A DNA stretch of 64,000 bases from Octopus vulgaris (GCA_951406725.2 OX597836.1:36456001-36520000); one strand, 5' to 3'; shown: positions 13,426-26,317, counted from the stretch's first letter. The notes: generated from the sequence alone by a model not told the origin. Made by a program: numbers and translations.

Positions 13426-13822
13426 TCTTTACGCTTTTACTCTTTTACCTGTTTCAGCCATTTGACTGCGGCCATGCTGGAGCACCGCCTTTAGTCGAGC
13501 AAATCTACCCCAGGACTTATTCTTTGTAAGCCTAGTACTTATTCTATCGGTCTATTTTGCCGAACTGCTAAGTTACGGGGATGTAAATACACCAGCATCG
13601 GTTGTCAAGCGATCAATGGGAGACAAACGCTCACACACATATATATACATATACATATATACGACAGGCTTCTTTCAGCTTCCGTCTACCAAATCCACTC
13701 ACAAGGCTTTGGTCGGCCCGAGGCTATAGTAGAAGACACTTTACCAAGGTGCCACGCAGTGGAACTGAACCCGGAACCATGTGGTTGGTAAGCAAGCTAT
13801 TTACTACACAGCCACTCCTACG

Positions 13823-13826
<4 letters not shown>
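13425..13826 (-). mobile_element. SINE family C, full length
   Basis: tRNA-like head, CORE-like ggcaccttgg segment and ggcggtgctccagcatggcc tail. Homologous to 27641-28039 and 56140-56557. Confidence 0.9.
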
Positions 13827-13860
<34 letters not shown>

Positions 13861-14627
13861 TACACACTTTAAGTACAGGCCATCACCAGCTAGTGAACAT
13901 TGCGTAAACACAGGAGATAAGTATAGGACAAAATACCAAAAGAAGTCTAACTCCACCTGTTTCTTACTACCTGTTTCTTAGTTTCGCTGACAAGACAGAA
14001 ACACTTTATAAGACAGAAAGTTTTAAAATATACAATTTATGGAGAGTTAGGGCTTCGAACGCACAAACGAAACCAGAGTGGACGTACAGAGTACACAATC
14101 GATGAAGGGCCGTCAGGCCAAGGGACATTGCAATGGGTAATGCCAGGGAGAAAATTTCAAAGGATACAGAACAATGAGAAGAGACAAAAGTAGTACAAGA
14201 GAAGAAAATCGTAGGACAGAAAAAAATAGCAGAAGAGGGAAAAAATATCATTTTTAAGTATTTATACAGAATTTTAGGAGAATGACAAACCTTTCCACCC
14301 TTCATCTCCTGTCTTATAATATAATGTGCGCGGGTAATTTTTCCGACTACTAACTTTCATTCTCAGGTCTTCTTTTTGCAGAGTGTGTCGTATATGGTGC
14401 AACATCAGTGTGCCATTAATTTGGAACATAACTAAATTCTTAGACATGCACCGCCATACTTGCAGCTTTTAGTCATTTTGATGATAATTGTTTTATAGTT
14501 ACTCTAATGAGGTTTATAGGATTTCGCTTCCGTTAATTAAATTGTTAGCAAATAAAGCTCATAAAATATAAAAGCTACAAAATATTACTCTCAGAAGCAT
14601 TGTGATGTATGTATTCTGTTAATTATT

Positions 14628-14980
14628 GTAGAAAATGTCGATTGAATGATTTGTGACTGATTCTCAGTAGTATTCGTTTTAGATTAATATGCGATAGTAA
14701 AGTTACTAAATTGAATTTAGAATTTAAACGTAGTGAACACTTACAATTTAGTATAACAAATGGGTGATGGTGGAATGTAAAGCTAGGGAATGTATGATAA
14801 TAGCAGATTGGTTAATGCATAACGAAAAATTTTCTGCATTATTTTTTTCATCGCTCTACCTTGGGTTCAATTCACGTCGATGGATGTATTTCGTTTTGGG
14901 ATACAATAATACATTGTCATTCTCTCTCTCTCTCTCTCCTTCTCTGTCTCCTTCTCTTTTCTCTCTCTCATTCTCTCTTT
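14628..14980 (+). repeat. Left arm of ~350-bp inverted duplication (partner 16124-16478)
   Basis: Reverse complement aligns with 16124-16478. The ORF track shows the same pseudo-peptide (ECKARE..., MYFVLGYNNTLS) on opposite strands. Confidence 0.9.
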
Positions 14981-15699
14981 CTCTATGTATCTCTATCTTC
15001 CATCCCGCTCTCCCTGGAAGAAGACACTAAGATCCAGAAAGGAAAACGCTCCACCAGTTTTCGCCGCTCAATGCACGTTGTATATATCGTGAGCGCCTCT
15101 ACGACTCAATGAAGATGGGGAGCACGAGGAAACGCATGCTTTTAGGAACTGGATTACGGATATTTTAAGCAAATCTCTTTCTTTAGTATGGGTATAGATA
15201 TAACCAAGATCTTGCACGAAATCTCCAGTATGCGCCTACTTAACGAAGCTGAAGAATTTCAATAATATTTTTTAGAACAGACCACATAGTTATTTTGAGC
15301 TAGTTTTAATGAGCATATTAAGACACGAATTTCGAAATATCCCCATTTGCACAACATTTCTATAGAAAGAGTGATTAGAGCAACGCACAGGGTGGAACTG
15401 TATCATTAATCTTGAATTCAGGCTCGTCTACGTAAATAGTATTATAATGAAGGTATTGTCAATTATAAATCTATCACTGTTAGAATGCAATACAAGATTA
15501 TTCCGAAATAATTATGTACTCGAATACATTACTACGAGAAGATCGAACACGTACAGATAAGAACAATATATAACCAGATAATTGGATAATTCCACTATTA
15601 GTCGAACGTGAGTTTATCAGTGACTCCGAATGTTACTGAAAGGTTAGGGATCGATAATGTAGATTACAATGTCTTAGTAGTATATTTTCTTCTTGAGAC

Positions 15700-16055
15700 A
15701 GCGATCTGGCAGAAACGTTAGTACGCCGGGCGAGATGCTTAGTGGTATTTCGTCTGTCGTTACGTTCTGAGTTCAAATTCCGCCGAGGTCGACTTTGCCA
15801 TTCATCCGATCGAGGTCCATAAATTAAGTACCAGCTACGCATAGGGGTCGATATAATCGACTTAATCCGTTTGTGTGTCCTTGTTTGTCTCCTCTGTGTT
15901 TAGCCCCTTGTGGGTAGTAAAGAAATAGGTATTTCGTCTGCCGCTACGTTCTGAGTTCAAAAGTCCTGGGGTCGATTTCTTCGACTAAAGGCGGTGCTCC
16001 AGCATGGACGCAGTCAAATGACTGAAACAAGTAAAAGAATAAAAGAGAGTAAAGA

Positions 16056-16057
<2 letters not shown>
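15700..16057 (+). mobile_element. SINE B, partial second B unit, then a SINE C 3' tail
   Basis: B copy to ~15930, restart at gtatttcgtctg, C tail at 15962-16057. Confidence 0.85.
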
Positions 16058-16123
<66 letters not shown>

Positions 16124-16124
<1 letters not shown>

Positions 16125-16475
16125 AAGAGAGAATGCGAGAGGGAAAGAGAAAAAAATAGAAGGAGACAGAGAGAGGATGATAATGTATTGTTGTATCCCA
16201 AAACGAAATACACACATCGGCGTGAATTGAATCCAAGTTGAAGTGATGATAAATAATGCAGAAAATTCTTCGTTATCCATTAACAAATCTATTATCATAA
16301 ATTCCCTAGCTTTACATTCCACTTGTTATACTAAATTGTAAATGTTCACTACGTTTAAATTATAAATTCAATTAAGTAACTTTACTATCACATATTAATC
16401 TAAAACGAATTTCTACTTTGTCGTTCCAGATAATACTACTGAGAATCAGTCACAAATCAATCAATCGACATTTTC

Positions 16476-16478
<3 letters not shown>
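16124..16478 (-). repeat. Right arm of inverted duplication, bounded by (TA)n on both sides
   Basis: Direct comparison with 14628-14980. Confidence 0.9.
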
Positions 16479-16527
<49 letters not shown>

Positions 16528-16681
16528 ATCCAAACAAGAAAACACAAAAAAAACACAACAACGATGTATATATATGTGTAAATTTAATCCAAACAAGAAA
16601 GTACAAAAAAAACACAACAACGCGAGGACGTGGAACAAATATAGTATTATTGGACGCTCAGGAAAGAAGGGAAGAAGGAGG

Positions 16682-16716
16682 GTTTGACGTTTCGAGTGGA
16701 GCTCTTCGTCGGAAAC
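16682..16716 (-). ncRNA. Minimal type I hammerhead-like motif (U4C) in a TA-flanked short element (~16523-16800)
   Basis: Minus: guuu-CCGACGA-a-gag cucca cuc-GAAA-cg-UC-aaac. Confidence 0.5.
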
Positions 16717-17027
16717 ATAGGAGAAGGAAAGATCCAGAGAAGGGAAGACAGAGTAAAAAAAAATCGCCAACGGTACACACGCGGTTACATTTTGAAATAT
16801 ATACATATATATATGCATACACACGTACATACATATTAATACATATACACATACCTCACAGGTTTACCAAGCAAATAAGTGTGAAAACCATACAGCCTCT
16901 AACTGCTCCCTATGGAAGTGTATTAGTTTTTAGTGTCTCCTTGTATATCTTATGTAAAAATGTTAAGCTAAAATTAGAAAAAGCGCATCTAGCACAAAAA
17001 GCAGGAAATTATATGCATGTATGCATG

Positions 17028-17085
<58 letters not shown>

Positions 17086-17498
17086 CATACGCCTACATAT
17101 TATCTGTGTGTGTGTCCCTATGTGTGTGGTTACATTCTTCGACATTCCATGCGTTTGTTTGGCAGCAATCTGTCTGTCTTCACTGCATCTTATGGCTTAA
17201 TGACGAACATTCATGTGTACTCATTACATTAAGCTTTAGGCGCTCTAGCTAATTAGATAGAACACACAAGTAGTCTCCCTTACTCTCCCTCTTTCTCTCA
17301 TTCCTTCTTTCTTAAACTTCCTTCCCTCATCTCTCCCACTGAGCCACATATGATCATATGTATGTATATAAAGTGAGCGCTCGCAAAGAATACATAGACT
17401 TCCTCCCAAAAGGTTTGCGTCATTCTCTTTTTCTGTGATTATTTTAAATAGTTCATATTTAATTTCAGAAAATCTCTCGCTCTCCATTGTTCTCCTCT

Positions 17499-17530
<32 letters not shown>

Positions 17531-17704
17531 TCCACTCCACATATATGTATATATGTATGTATATGTGTGTATGTGTGTATATAAAAAAAATTACATGACA
17601 AATGTAAATAGACAGGAAATAAGACATCGTTTAATTTGTAAAGGTTTATATTTTTATTAATCGACATTTTTATGTTTCAGGTGCTACATGTGACTGTTTA
17701 AATA

Positions 17705-18115
17705 TACTACGAAGTGGAGCCGTCTGAATTTCAAAGAGGCTGTATTTTGAATCAATCTGAAAGGTGAGCTTAGCATAAAATCACAGAAATCCTTGTTATC
17801 CAGCTGTCTACAGTTAACAGAGAGATTGTGCAATTCATGAGTGAGGGTAAGGTGTCCACATAACGTCACCCAAGTCGAACAAATTTTTCTGACACGACCC
17901 TTGGATTTATGAAGAGATGTTTCGAGGATAATCCGCATTGCAAGACCTCTGACATGACGGAACATGTTGACTTCAGTCCGAAAAAGGCTGTCACATATCT
18001 CTACAAACTTGACTACTATGGCAGAGCAGCAAGAAGCAATCCAGCTGGTATCAAGCCAGTGACACGATGGAGGGGCCACTAGCATTTTGGCACATTGTCA
18101 TATTCTCCGATAGAT
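17705..18115 (+). pseudogene. Tc1-family transposase fragment (N-terminal HTH to first catalytic D)
   Basis: Disrupted frame: SEFQRGCIL...LSTVNREIVQF...EDNPHCKTSD...YLYKLDYYGRAARS, later WHIVIFSD. Confidence 0.75.
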
Positions 18116-18401
18116 TTCAGATCGAAATATATACGTTGGGACCCCAGCTATAGGTTAATTAGCATATTAGGGCTTGCCTACTTCGGTTTCTGTGGAAGAA
18201 ACAATCATGGTTAATTGAATGGGAAAGGCGGGTGCAGCAGCGCCTTGTGCGATGCAGCGAGCAAGATAAGGCAAATAAGACATCTTGATCGTGCATTTAA
18301 TCCGTCCCCATCCCAGGTCATCCTGATTTAGTCTTCCATTAGAATGAAGGTGATCACGCACAAGAGAATGAAGCTGACTGATCTCACTTTAGACAATCTG
18401 A

Positions 18402-18728
18402 GACCCCCTTCGGTCACGACACAGACAATGGGATTGCACCTAGAAAGTTACCTTCCCAGGCAAGGTCCGGGCAAGGTTGTTTTGTGGAAGGCCAGCTGTC
18501 GCCCATGCATACCAGCCTCCTCTCTCTTCACATCACTGATGTTATCCAAAGGGAAGGCAATGGGGCCGATACAGTTTGGCATCATTCACGTCGCAACTCA
18601 TTTCTACAGCTGAGTGAACTGGAAAAACGTAAAAATAAAGTGTCTTGCTCAAGACCACAACTCGCATCCCGGTCCAGGATTCGAGCTCACAACCTCACGA
18701 TCTAACCACTGAGCCATGCGCCTTCACT
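18402..18728 (-). mobile_element. CORE-like SINE head D + tail 4
   Basis: Homologous to 60826-61171. Confidence 0.85.
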
Positions 18729-18833
18729 TAATCAATCACTGCGCAAGTTATCAATCATCCTTAAGGATGTCTAGGCTGTCATCGTCTCCCCGACGGAAGA
18801 AGATGTAATGCGAACTGGTATAATGTGTGCGAA

Positions 18834-19229
18834 GGCGGCGAGCTGGCAGAAACGTTAGCACGCCGGACGAAATGCGTAGCCGTAATTCGTCTGCCGTAAC
18901 GTTCTGAGTTCAAATTCCGCCGAGGTCGACTTTGCCTGTCATCCTTTTGGGTTCGATATATTAAGTACCAGTTACGCACTGGGGTCGATGTAATCGACTT
19001 AATCTCCTTGTCTGTCCTCTCTGTGTTTAGCCCCTTGTGGGTAGTAAAGAAATAGGTATTTCGTCTGTCTTTACGTTCTGAGTCCAAATTCCGCCATGGT
19101 CCTTTGCCTTTCATCCTTTCGGGGTTGATAAATTAAGTACCAGTTACGCACTGGGGTCGATGTAATCGACTTAATCTCCTTGTCTGTCCTCTCTATGTTT
19201 AGCCCCTTGTGGGTAGTAAAGAAATAGGT
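18834..19229 (+). mobile_element. SINE B head-to-tail dimer
   Basis: Two units. Flanking near-direct repeat ggtataatgtgtgc / ggtataacgtgtgc. Confidence 0.9.
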
Positions 19230-19552
19230 ATAACGTGTGCCGAAGCACGTTATTAAATTGTTTTCTATTTCAAGGTTGATTTCTCGTTGTGAATTTCTTT
19301 AATATTTTGTTGAAATAACTATTTAACGTTACTTATTTCCTAATGTCTGTTTATTATTTTCATTAATTCGATGGTAAACAACCACCCGTCCGGACGCGCG
19401 ACACCGTTATTTATTTCTTGTTTTCTTTTGTATTACGTCTTTGAACTATATCCTACGTCTTGAGACCAATAAAAGCAATCGTTCATATTATTTTAGATGA
19501 TGCTGTTCCTGTTTTTGTTACTTTTTACATCATTAGTGTTATTGATGATTCT

Positions 19553-19613
19553 ATCATCATCATCATCAGCATCATCATCATCATTATTATTATTATCATT
19601 ATTATTATTATTA

Positions 19614-19644
<31 letters not shown>

Positions 19645-19695
19645 ATTATTATTATTATTATTGTTATTTTTATTATATTATTATTATTATTATTA

Positions 19696-19745
<50 letters not shown>

Positions 19746-19995
19746 GTTATTATCATTATTATTATTATCATCATTATTATTATTATCATTATTATTATTA
19801 TCATCATTATTATTATTATCATTGTTATTATTATTATCATTATTATCATTATTATTATTATTGTTATTATTATTATTATCGTTATTATTATTATTATTAT
19901 CATCATCATTATTATTATTATTATTGTTATTATTATCATCATCATTATTATTGTTATCATTGTTATTATTATTATCATTATTATTATTAATAATA
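19553..19995. repeat. (ATT)n/(ATC)n compound trinucleotide array
   Basis: Direct inspection. Source of the poly-I/Y/L pseudo-ORFs. Confidence 0.95.
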
Positions 19996-20276
19996 TCATT
20001 ATAGTCGCAATTGAATAAAACTTACACTATAATTTTTATATCGCTTGTTATTTCTTTCTTTCATATTATATTTATAATTTCACCGCTAGGGATAATTCAA
20101 TTTTGCTTTAAGAGGATAATTCAGTTATTGTTAGCAACATCATTATTCCTAAACAGTAAATTTTTGAAAAAACACAGTGTGAGAGCAAGAAAGTGTGAAA
20201 GACAGAATCGGGGAAATTAAAGAGAGAGAGAGAATGAGAGACCGAGTAGGAGAGAGAATGTGAGTGTGTTTGTGTG

Positions 20277-20349
<73 letters not shown>

Positions 20350-20739
20350 AGGTTAGTTCTGACTAGACACGTTGAAATGTTTTTCAAATGGAAATGACAA
20401 TCTCCTGTCACAAGCATTTCCATGACAAATTGGTCAGAAAACCATCGCATTAATTATACTCGTGAAAAATTCGAATCATATTTCTGTGTGTCCTTGGCTA
20501 CAAATTGATAATCGCTCCAACTAACAAGGGACAATCACATCTACGAAGTCAATCAACATACTAGAAATAACAGCCAAATCTCTCTCAAATCTTACTCTAC
20601 CGTTTTTTTTGGGTTTTTTTTTTTTTTGGAAAGTCAAACGCATGCATTCATGTAGATCTATATATGCTGTGCTCCTAAATAATGGCGAGAATAGCCTACA
20701 TCATATTTACAATTATCATGACGTGAGATTAAGCATGAC

Positions 20740-21122
20740 GTGGAGGCGCAATGGCCCAGTGGTTAGGGCAGCGGACACGCGGTCATAGGATCGCGGTTTC
20801 GATTCCCAGACCGGGTGTTGTGAGTGTTTATTGAGCGAAAACACCTAAAAGCTCCACGAGGCTCCGGCAGGGGATGGTGTCATCCCTGCTGTACTCTTTC
20901 ACCACAACTTTCTCTCACTCTTACTTCCTGTTTCTCTTGTACCTGTATTTCAAAGGGCCGGCCTTGTCACTCTCTGTGTCACGCTCAATATCCCCGAAAC
21001 TACGTTAAGGGTACACGTGTCTGTGGAGTGCTCAGTCACTTACACGTTAATTTCACGAGCAGGCTCTTCCGTTGATTCGGATCAACCGGAACCCTCATCG
21101 TCATAACCGACGGAGTGCTTCA
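20740..21122 (+). mobile_element. SINE head A + tail 1, full length
   Basis: gtggaggcgcaatggcccagtggttagggcag...cgacggagtgcttc. Confidence 0.92.
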
Positions 21123-21714
21123 AGCATCTACACGAATCTTTAATCATTTACTTCTTTCAGTCACTGAACATAGCCATGCTGGAGCACAGCCACGACGGTC
21201 TTTTAGTCGAACAAACCGATCATAGTACTTATTTATGTTTTTCAGAATGCTATTTTTTGTATCGTTCTCTTTTGCCAAAATCGTAAATAAATTATCAAAT
21301 TATATAAATTGTCCAGCGGCGGTGAGGAAGAAACACAAACAAGGTAATACATAGGTATATAAATAAATAAGCAATCTCTCTCTCTTTCTCTCTATCTCTC
21401 TCTCTCTCTCCCTTACAGACGAACGCGCAAAAACGCGCACGCACGCAGACACATATTCATAAACCCCAAAATATAAAAAAAACACACGTAAACGAGAAAT
21501 TCTCTCAGTTTCTTTTTTTTATCAAATTTATGCTCCAGGAATTGATCTGTCCACGTAGAAACAGTGAACGAATGTGTCACGCGATGATGCTGAACTTGTG
21601 GCCACCTGGTTGGGAAGCAAACTTTTGTTCCAGAGACCGACACCTGCGCCTCTGTAAGATATATATTAAGTTGTCTGAAAAATTCTGAGCGTTTTCTAAT
21701 ATGCAAAAACAAAA

Positions 21715-22514
21715 CGGTAAACTTCATTAAACCTACTTTCAGAAGCTTTCAACACGTCAGCAAAATTTCTAGTCATGAGATTTGAGTTTTCTTTGATTCT
21801 TGCCTTTAAAACATCTTCATCCAATTTTCAAGAGCTTCCACTGCGTCTCTCATCTTCCAAGATATACTATCCATGTTTAAATTTGGCAAACCATCTTCGA
21901 ACAGTTGATTCACATTCAGCATCATCACCGTAAACTTCATAAATGTTTTTGTAAATTTTGGCAGCTTTTTCTCTTTTTTAAAACAAACAGCAAGGCATAA
22001 GAACGCGATTATTATTTTTTAAACTCCATTTCAAATATCATTAAAGGGTAACATGTGAGGGCGCGTGGCTTAGTGGTTAGGGCATTCGGCTCATGATCGT
22101 AAGGTTGTGAGTTCGATTCCCGGCGACGCGTTGTGTCCTTGAGCAAGACACTTTATTTCACGTTGCTCCAGTCCACTCAGCTGGCAAAAATGAGTTGTAC
22201 TTGTATTTCAAAGGGTCAGCCTTGTCACTCTCTGTGTCACGCTGATTATCCCCGAGAACTACGTTAAGGGTACACGTGTCTGTGGAATGCTCAGCCTTTT
22301 GCACGTTAATTTCACGAGCAAGCTGTTCCGTTGATCGTATCAGCTGGGACCCTCGTCGTCGTAACCGGTGGAGTCTTTAAAGGGTAACTGGAATGAAAAA
22401 TAAATCTTTTTATATTCAGGAACGGCAAAGTTTTCTGTTACGTTTCGGGTGTGTTCAATGAAGCGCGTTAAAAGATTTAGCTTAAAAACGCTTAGAACTT
22501 TCTGGACAACATAA
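21715..22514 (-). mobile_element. Mariner element 5' portion (TIR plus transposase HTH remnant), interrupted by a SINE
   Basis: Minus frame KNIYEVYGDDAECESTVRRWFAKFKHG*YILEDERRSG...LKARIKENSNLMTR. TIR-like ttatgttgtccagaaagttc at ~22495-22514. Confidence 0.85.
22053..22376 (+). mobile_element. CORE-like SINE head D + tail 1 with 12-bp TSD
   Basis: TSD ttaaagggtaac at 22041-22052 and 22377-22388. CORE-like tgtgtccttgagcaagacacttt. Confidence 0.9.
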
Positions 22515-22562
22515 TAATAAATACAACAATGGAATATCGATGAAAGCATTATTCGAATATCA

Positions 22563-22770
22563 GAGCTGGCAGAAGCGTTAGCACGCTGGACGAAATGCTT
22601 AGCAGTATTTCGTCTGTCATTACGTTCTGAGTTCAAATTCCACCGAGGTCGACTTTGTCCTTCATCCTTACGGGTTCGATAAATTAAGTACCAGCGCGTA
22701 CTGGGATCGATCTAAGCGATTGGCCGTTTTCCACCAAATTTGAGGCCTTGTGCCTATTAGTAGAAAGGAT
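22563..22770 (+). mobile_element. SINE family B variant
   Basis: gagctggcagaagcgttagcacg...gagttcaaattcc. Confidence 0.85.
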
Positions 22771-22865
22771 TACTTGTATATCAGTATCAAGCATGTGTAG
22801 GCGAAAAAAACAAAAACATTTTCATAAAAAATATTTCAAAATTCTAACAAATAAATGTTTTAAAT

Positions 22866-23067
22866 GTTGGCACGAGTCCAACAGTTCCAGGGGTGATGTA
22901 ACTCAATTACATTGACGTCAATGTACAATTAGTACTTATTTTTATCGAACCCCAGAAAGATGAAGCGCAAAGTCGACCACGGTGGAATTTAAACCCAGAA
23001 CGTAAAAACGGACGTCATGCCGCTAAGCATTTTAGCTGCCTTGCTAACGATACCGTTAGTTCGCCAT
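22866..23067 (-). mobile_element. SINE family B, old copy
   Basis: gcaaagtcgaccacggtggaatttaaacccagaacg on the + strand. Confidence 0.7.
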
Positions 23068-23298
23068 TTTCTATCAACTTAATATCAATATAAAAGAATA
23101 GCGATGGATTTTGCTGCTGCCGCTGTTTCTGCCGACGAATTTTTGCAGTTACAGCGTTTGCTGAGCTGATTGTATCCAGATCGATAAATCCATGATTAAA
23201 TTATTGTAGCAGACAACGACTCGTTATTAAGAGACATATTATTTCTGCCATCATCCAATTCAGTGTATACAGAATTCAGTTAATATATGACCACGTGA

Positions 23299-23912
23299 AG
23301 GCAGCGACCAGGCAGAAGCGTTAGCACGCCGGGCGAAATGCTTAGTGATATTTCGTCTGCCGTTTCGTTCTGAGTTCAAATTCCGCCGAGGTCGACTTTG
23401 CCTTTCGTCTTTTCGGGGTCGATAAATTAAGTACTACTTACGCACTGTTGCCGATGTAATCGACTTAATCCGTTTGTCTGTCCTTGTTTGTCCCTTCTGT
23501 GTTTAGCCCCTTGTGGGTAATAAAGAAATAAGAAACGTTAGCACGCCCGGCGAAATGCTTAGGGGTATTTCGTCTTCCACTACGCTCTGAGTTCAAATTC
23601 CGCCGAGGTGGACTTTGCCTTTCATTCTTTCAGGGTCGATTAAATAAGTACCAGTTACGCACTGGGGTCGATATAATCGACTTAATCCGTTTGTCTCTCC
23701 TTGTTTGTCCTCTCTGTGTTTAGCCTCTTGTGGGTAGTAAAGAAATAGGTATTTCATCTGCCGTTACGTTCTGAGTTGAAATTCCGACGAGGCCGATTTT
23801 GCCTTTCATTCTTTTGGGGTCGATAAATTAAATACCAGTTGCGTACGGGGGTGGATCTAATCGACTGCACCCTCCTCCAAAAATGTCTGCCTCATGCCTT
23901 GAGTTGAAAAGA
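23299..23912 (+). mobile_element. SINE B tandem trimer
   Basis: Three units with junctions near 23531 and 23749. Confidence 0.9.
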
Positions 23913-24121
23913 ATATATAATCATATATTCGGACTTTTGCCTTGAGTAGAAAAGAGTGGCTGAGAGTTCATCCCCACTATGCAACTCTTTGTGCAACTGT
24001 GTTCTACACACTTAGTGCGTGCGCGCGCACGTGTATGTTGGCGTATAAGAGTGGGTATATACGACGCAAACTATACGAGAATTACAAATTAAAATTCCGC
24101 GTCTAAATTTGATAGTTTATA

Positions 24122-24345
24122 CCTATTTCTTTACTACCCACAAGGAGCTAAACACAGAGGGAACAAACAAGGACAGACAGACGGATTAAGTCGATTATAT
24201 CGACCCCAGTGCGTAACTGGTACTTAATTTATGGACACCGAAAGGATGAAAGGCAAAGTCGACCTCGGCGGAATTTGAACTCAGAACGTAACGGCAGACG
24301 AAATACCGCTAAGCATTTCGCACGGCGTGCTAACGTCTCTGCCAT
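24122..24345 (-). mobile_element. SINE family B
   Basis: Reverse complement of the B consensus. Confidence 0.9.
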
Positions 24346-25028
24346 CTCAAGCTGAAAACAACGAGTTATGAACATCTGTATGTATATACGCGTGGGTTTT
24401 TATATATACATTAAGTACCATATACAAGACTGGACATGAAAAAAAGAGGTTGGTCGTTTCCCTAAATTTCTACATAAATATTTAAATATGATTTCTGATG
24501 AAGTTTTGACTAAGCAATATCCGCTTTCTCCTATCAAATACTGTCTACAAATATTTTCTGCTTGTATACAATCGTTATTTTTTTATGAACATATAAATAA
24601 ATATGAATATCTTTTATTACCTATTTTGAACACTTTTCTGTAAATTGATTAAACAGAATGCTCCTCGTAACCTTTTTTTATATTATTGTCAAAGATTCTT
24701 AACATTTTCTTATTATTGACAAAGTCTGTATCACTGAATTTCAATACATATATGTTAAACATTTTTAACATCACAAAGGCTACACAAACCCTTTTTTAAA
24801 AATGTGACACCAGTCAAGTCAATAAATATCTTTAAGAGACCTCTGCATTTTCAAATCATTTTCACTATATATATATATACAATTTATAAACAAGGGCAAA
24901 AGAAAATTATTTATTTTGCCCTTGTTTATAAGTTATTTATAATTTTAACCTTAAAGGTATTTTAATATGCTGCCACATTTTTGATGAATTTTTTTCTGTA
25001 AAAAAAACTTCATCTTATATTAGTAGTA

Positions 25029-25094
<66 letters not shown>

Positions 25095-25244
25095 CCCTTT
25101 ATGTGTGCGTGTGTGTGTGTGTATGTGGCACCTGTGTGTATACACACCCACCTACACACACGTACACACACACACGCGCGCACACACACACACGCACGCG
25201 AACGAATACACACACATATACAGGGAGTGGGTGAGAACTAGAAG

Positions 25245-25310
25245 AAAGACAGACAGATCGATAGACAGACAGACAGAAAGATAGATGGACAGACAGACAG
25301 ACAGAAAGAC

Positions 25311-25390
<80 letters not shown>
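25245..25390. repeat. (GACA)n/(GATA)n microsatellite
   Basis: Direct inspection. Confidence 0.95.
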
Positions 25391-25392
<2 letters not shown>

Positions 25393-25836
25393 ATAATTGT
25401 GGATTCTTAGGCGTATGTATAAATATAAGAAATGTGTAAAACCGAGAGATCGAGCGTTGTGCTTCAAGAGCTTTATCCGGACCTGCACAAAGGGTGTATT
25501 CCTTTGATACAGGTCTGAAGGCAGACTTAATCACACTTAGTCTCGATTTAATATTTCATTTATGGTGTCACATTGCGCCTGGCTGTTTATATTAATTTTA
25601 ATATAAGCATCAACATTTCACCAAACCATGCATAAACTTTTATGGGAAATAAATATGTTTTGGTAGACGGAATCAGCTAACCACGAGTTGGAGCAATCAC
25701 CACTGACGATGTCTGCGGCAAAGACGAAATTATGTCTTGTCAGGTTCACCATTGGGACGGTCATGTGGCGATTACCTCCCCTCTCATTATCTCAATATAT
25801 TTGCGCTCTTCTTACAGCGTTAACGGTATTTCAGAA

Positions 25837-26317
25837 AGGCGGCGAGCTGCCAGAAACGTTAGCACGCCGGGTGAAATGCGTAGCCGTATTTCGTCTGTCG
25901 TTACGTTGTGAGTTCAAATTCCGCCGAGGTCTACTTTGCCTTTCATCCTTTCGGGGTCGATAAATTAAGTACCAATTAAGCACTGAGGTCGATATAATCG
26001 ACTTAATACCTATGTCTGTCCATGTTTGTCTCCTCTATGTTTAGCCCCTTGTGGGTAATAAAGAAATAGGTATTTAAGAAAGGCGGCGAGCTGCCAGAAA
26101 CGTTAGCACGCCGGGCGAAATGCGTAGCCGTATTTCGTCTGTCTTTATGTTCTGAGTTCAAATTCCGCCGAGGTGGACTTTGCCTTTCATCCTTTCGAGG
26201 TCGATTAAATAAGTACCAGTTACGCACTGAGGTCGATGTAATCGACTTAATCCGTTTGTCTGTCCTTGTTCGTTCCCTCATTTTTTTAGCCTTTTGTGGC
26301 TAGTAAAGAAATAGGTA
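25837..26317 (+). mobile_element. SINE B dimer
   Basis: Two full units, each preceded by ggtattt(c/a)agaaaggc. Confidence 0.9.

Noticed and set aside
14095-14135. cgatga-agggcc gtca ggcc hairpin
   Set aside because: Lacks CUG and GAAA. The region looks more like a retroelement UTR.
16479-17252. 257-aa ORF
   Set aside because: Chance read-through of TA repeats and a short repeat element.
20740-20815. tRNA gene-like sequences at SINE heads
   Set aside because: They continue into multi-copy SINE bodies and lack a proper acceptor stem, so they are not tRNA genes.
18834-26317. CRISPR-like recurrence of short motifs
   Set aside because: Recurrences are dispersed or tandem SINE copies without a repeat-spacer period. 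Eukaryotic context and no cas genes.
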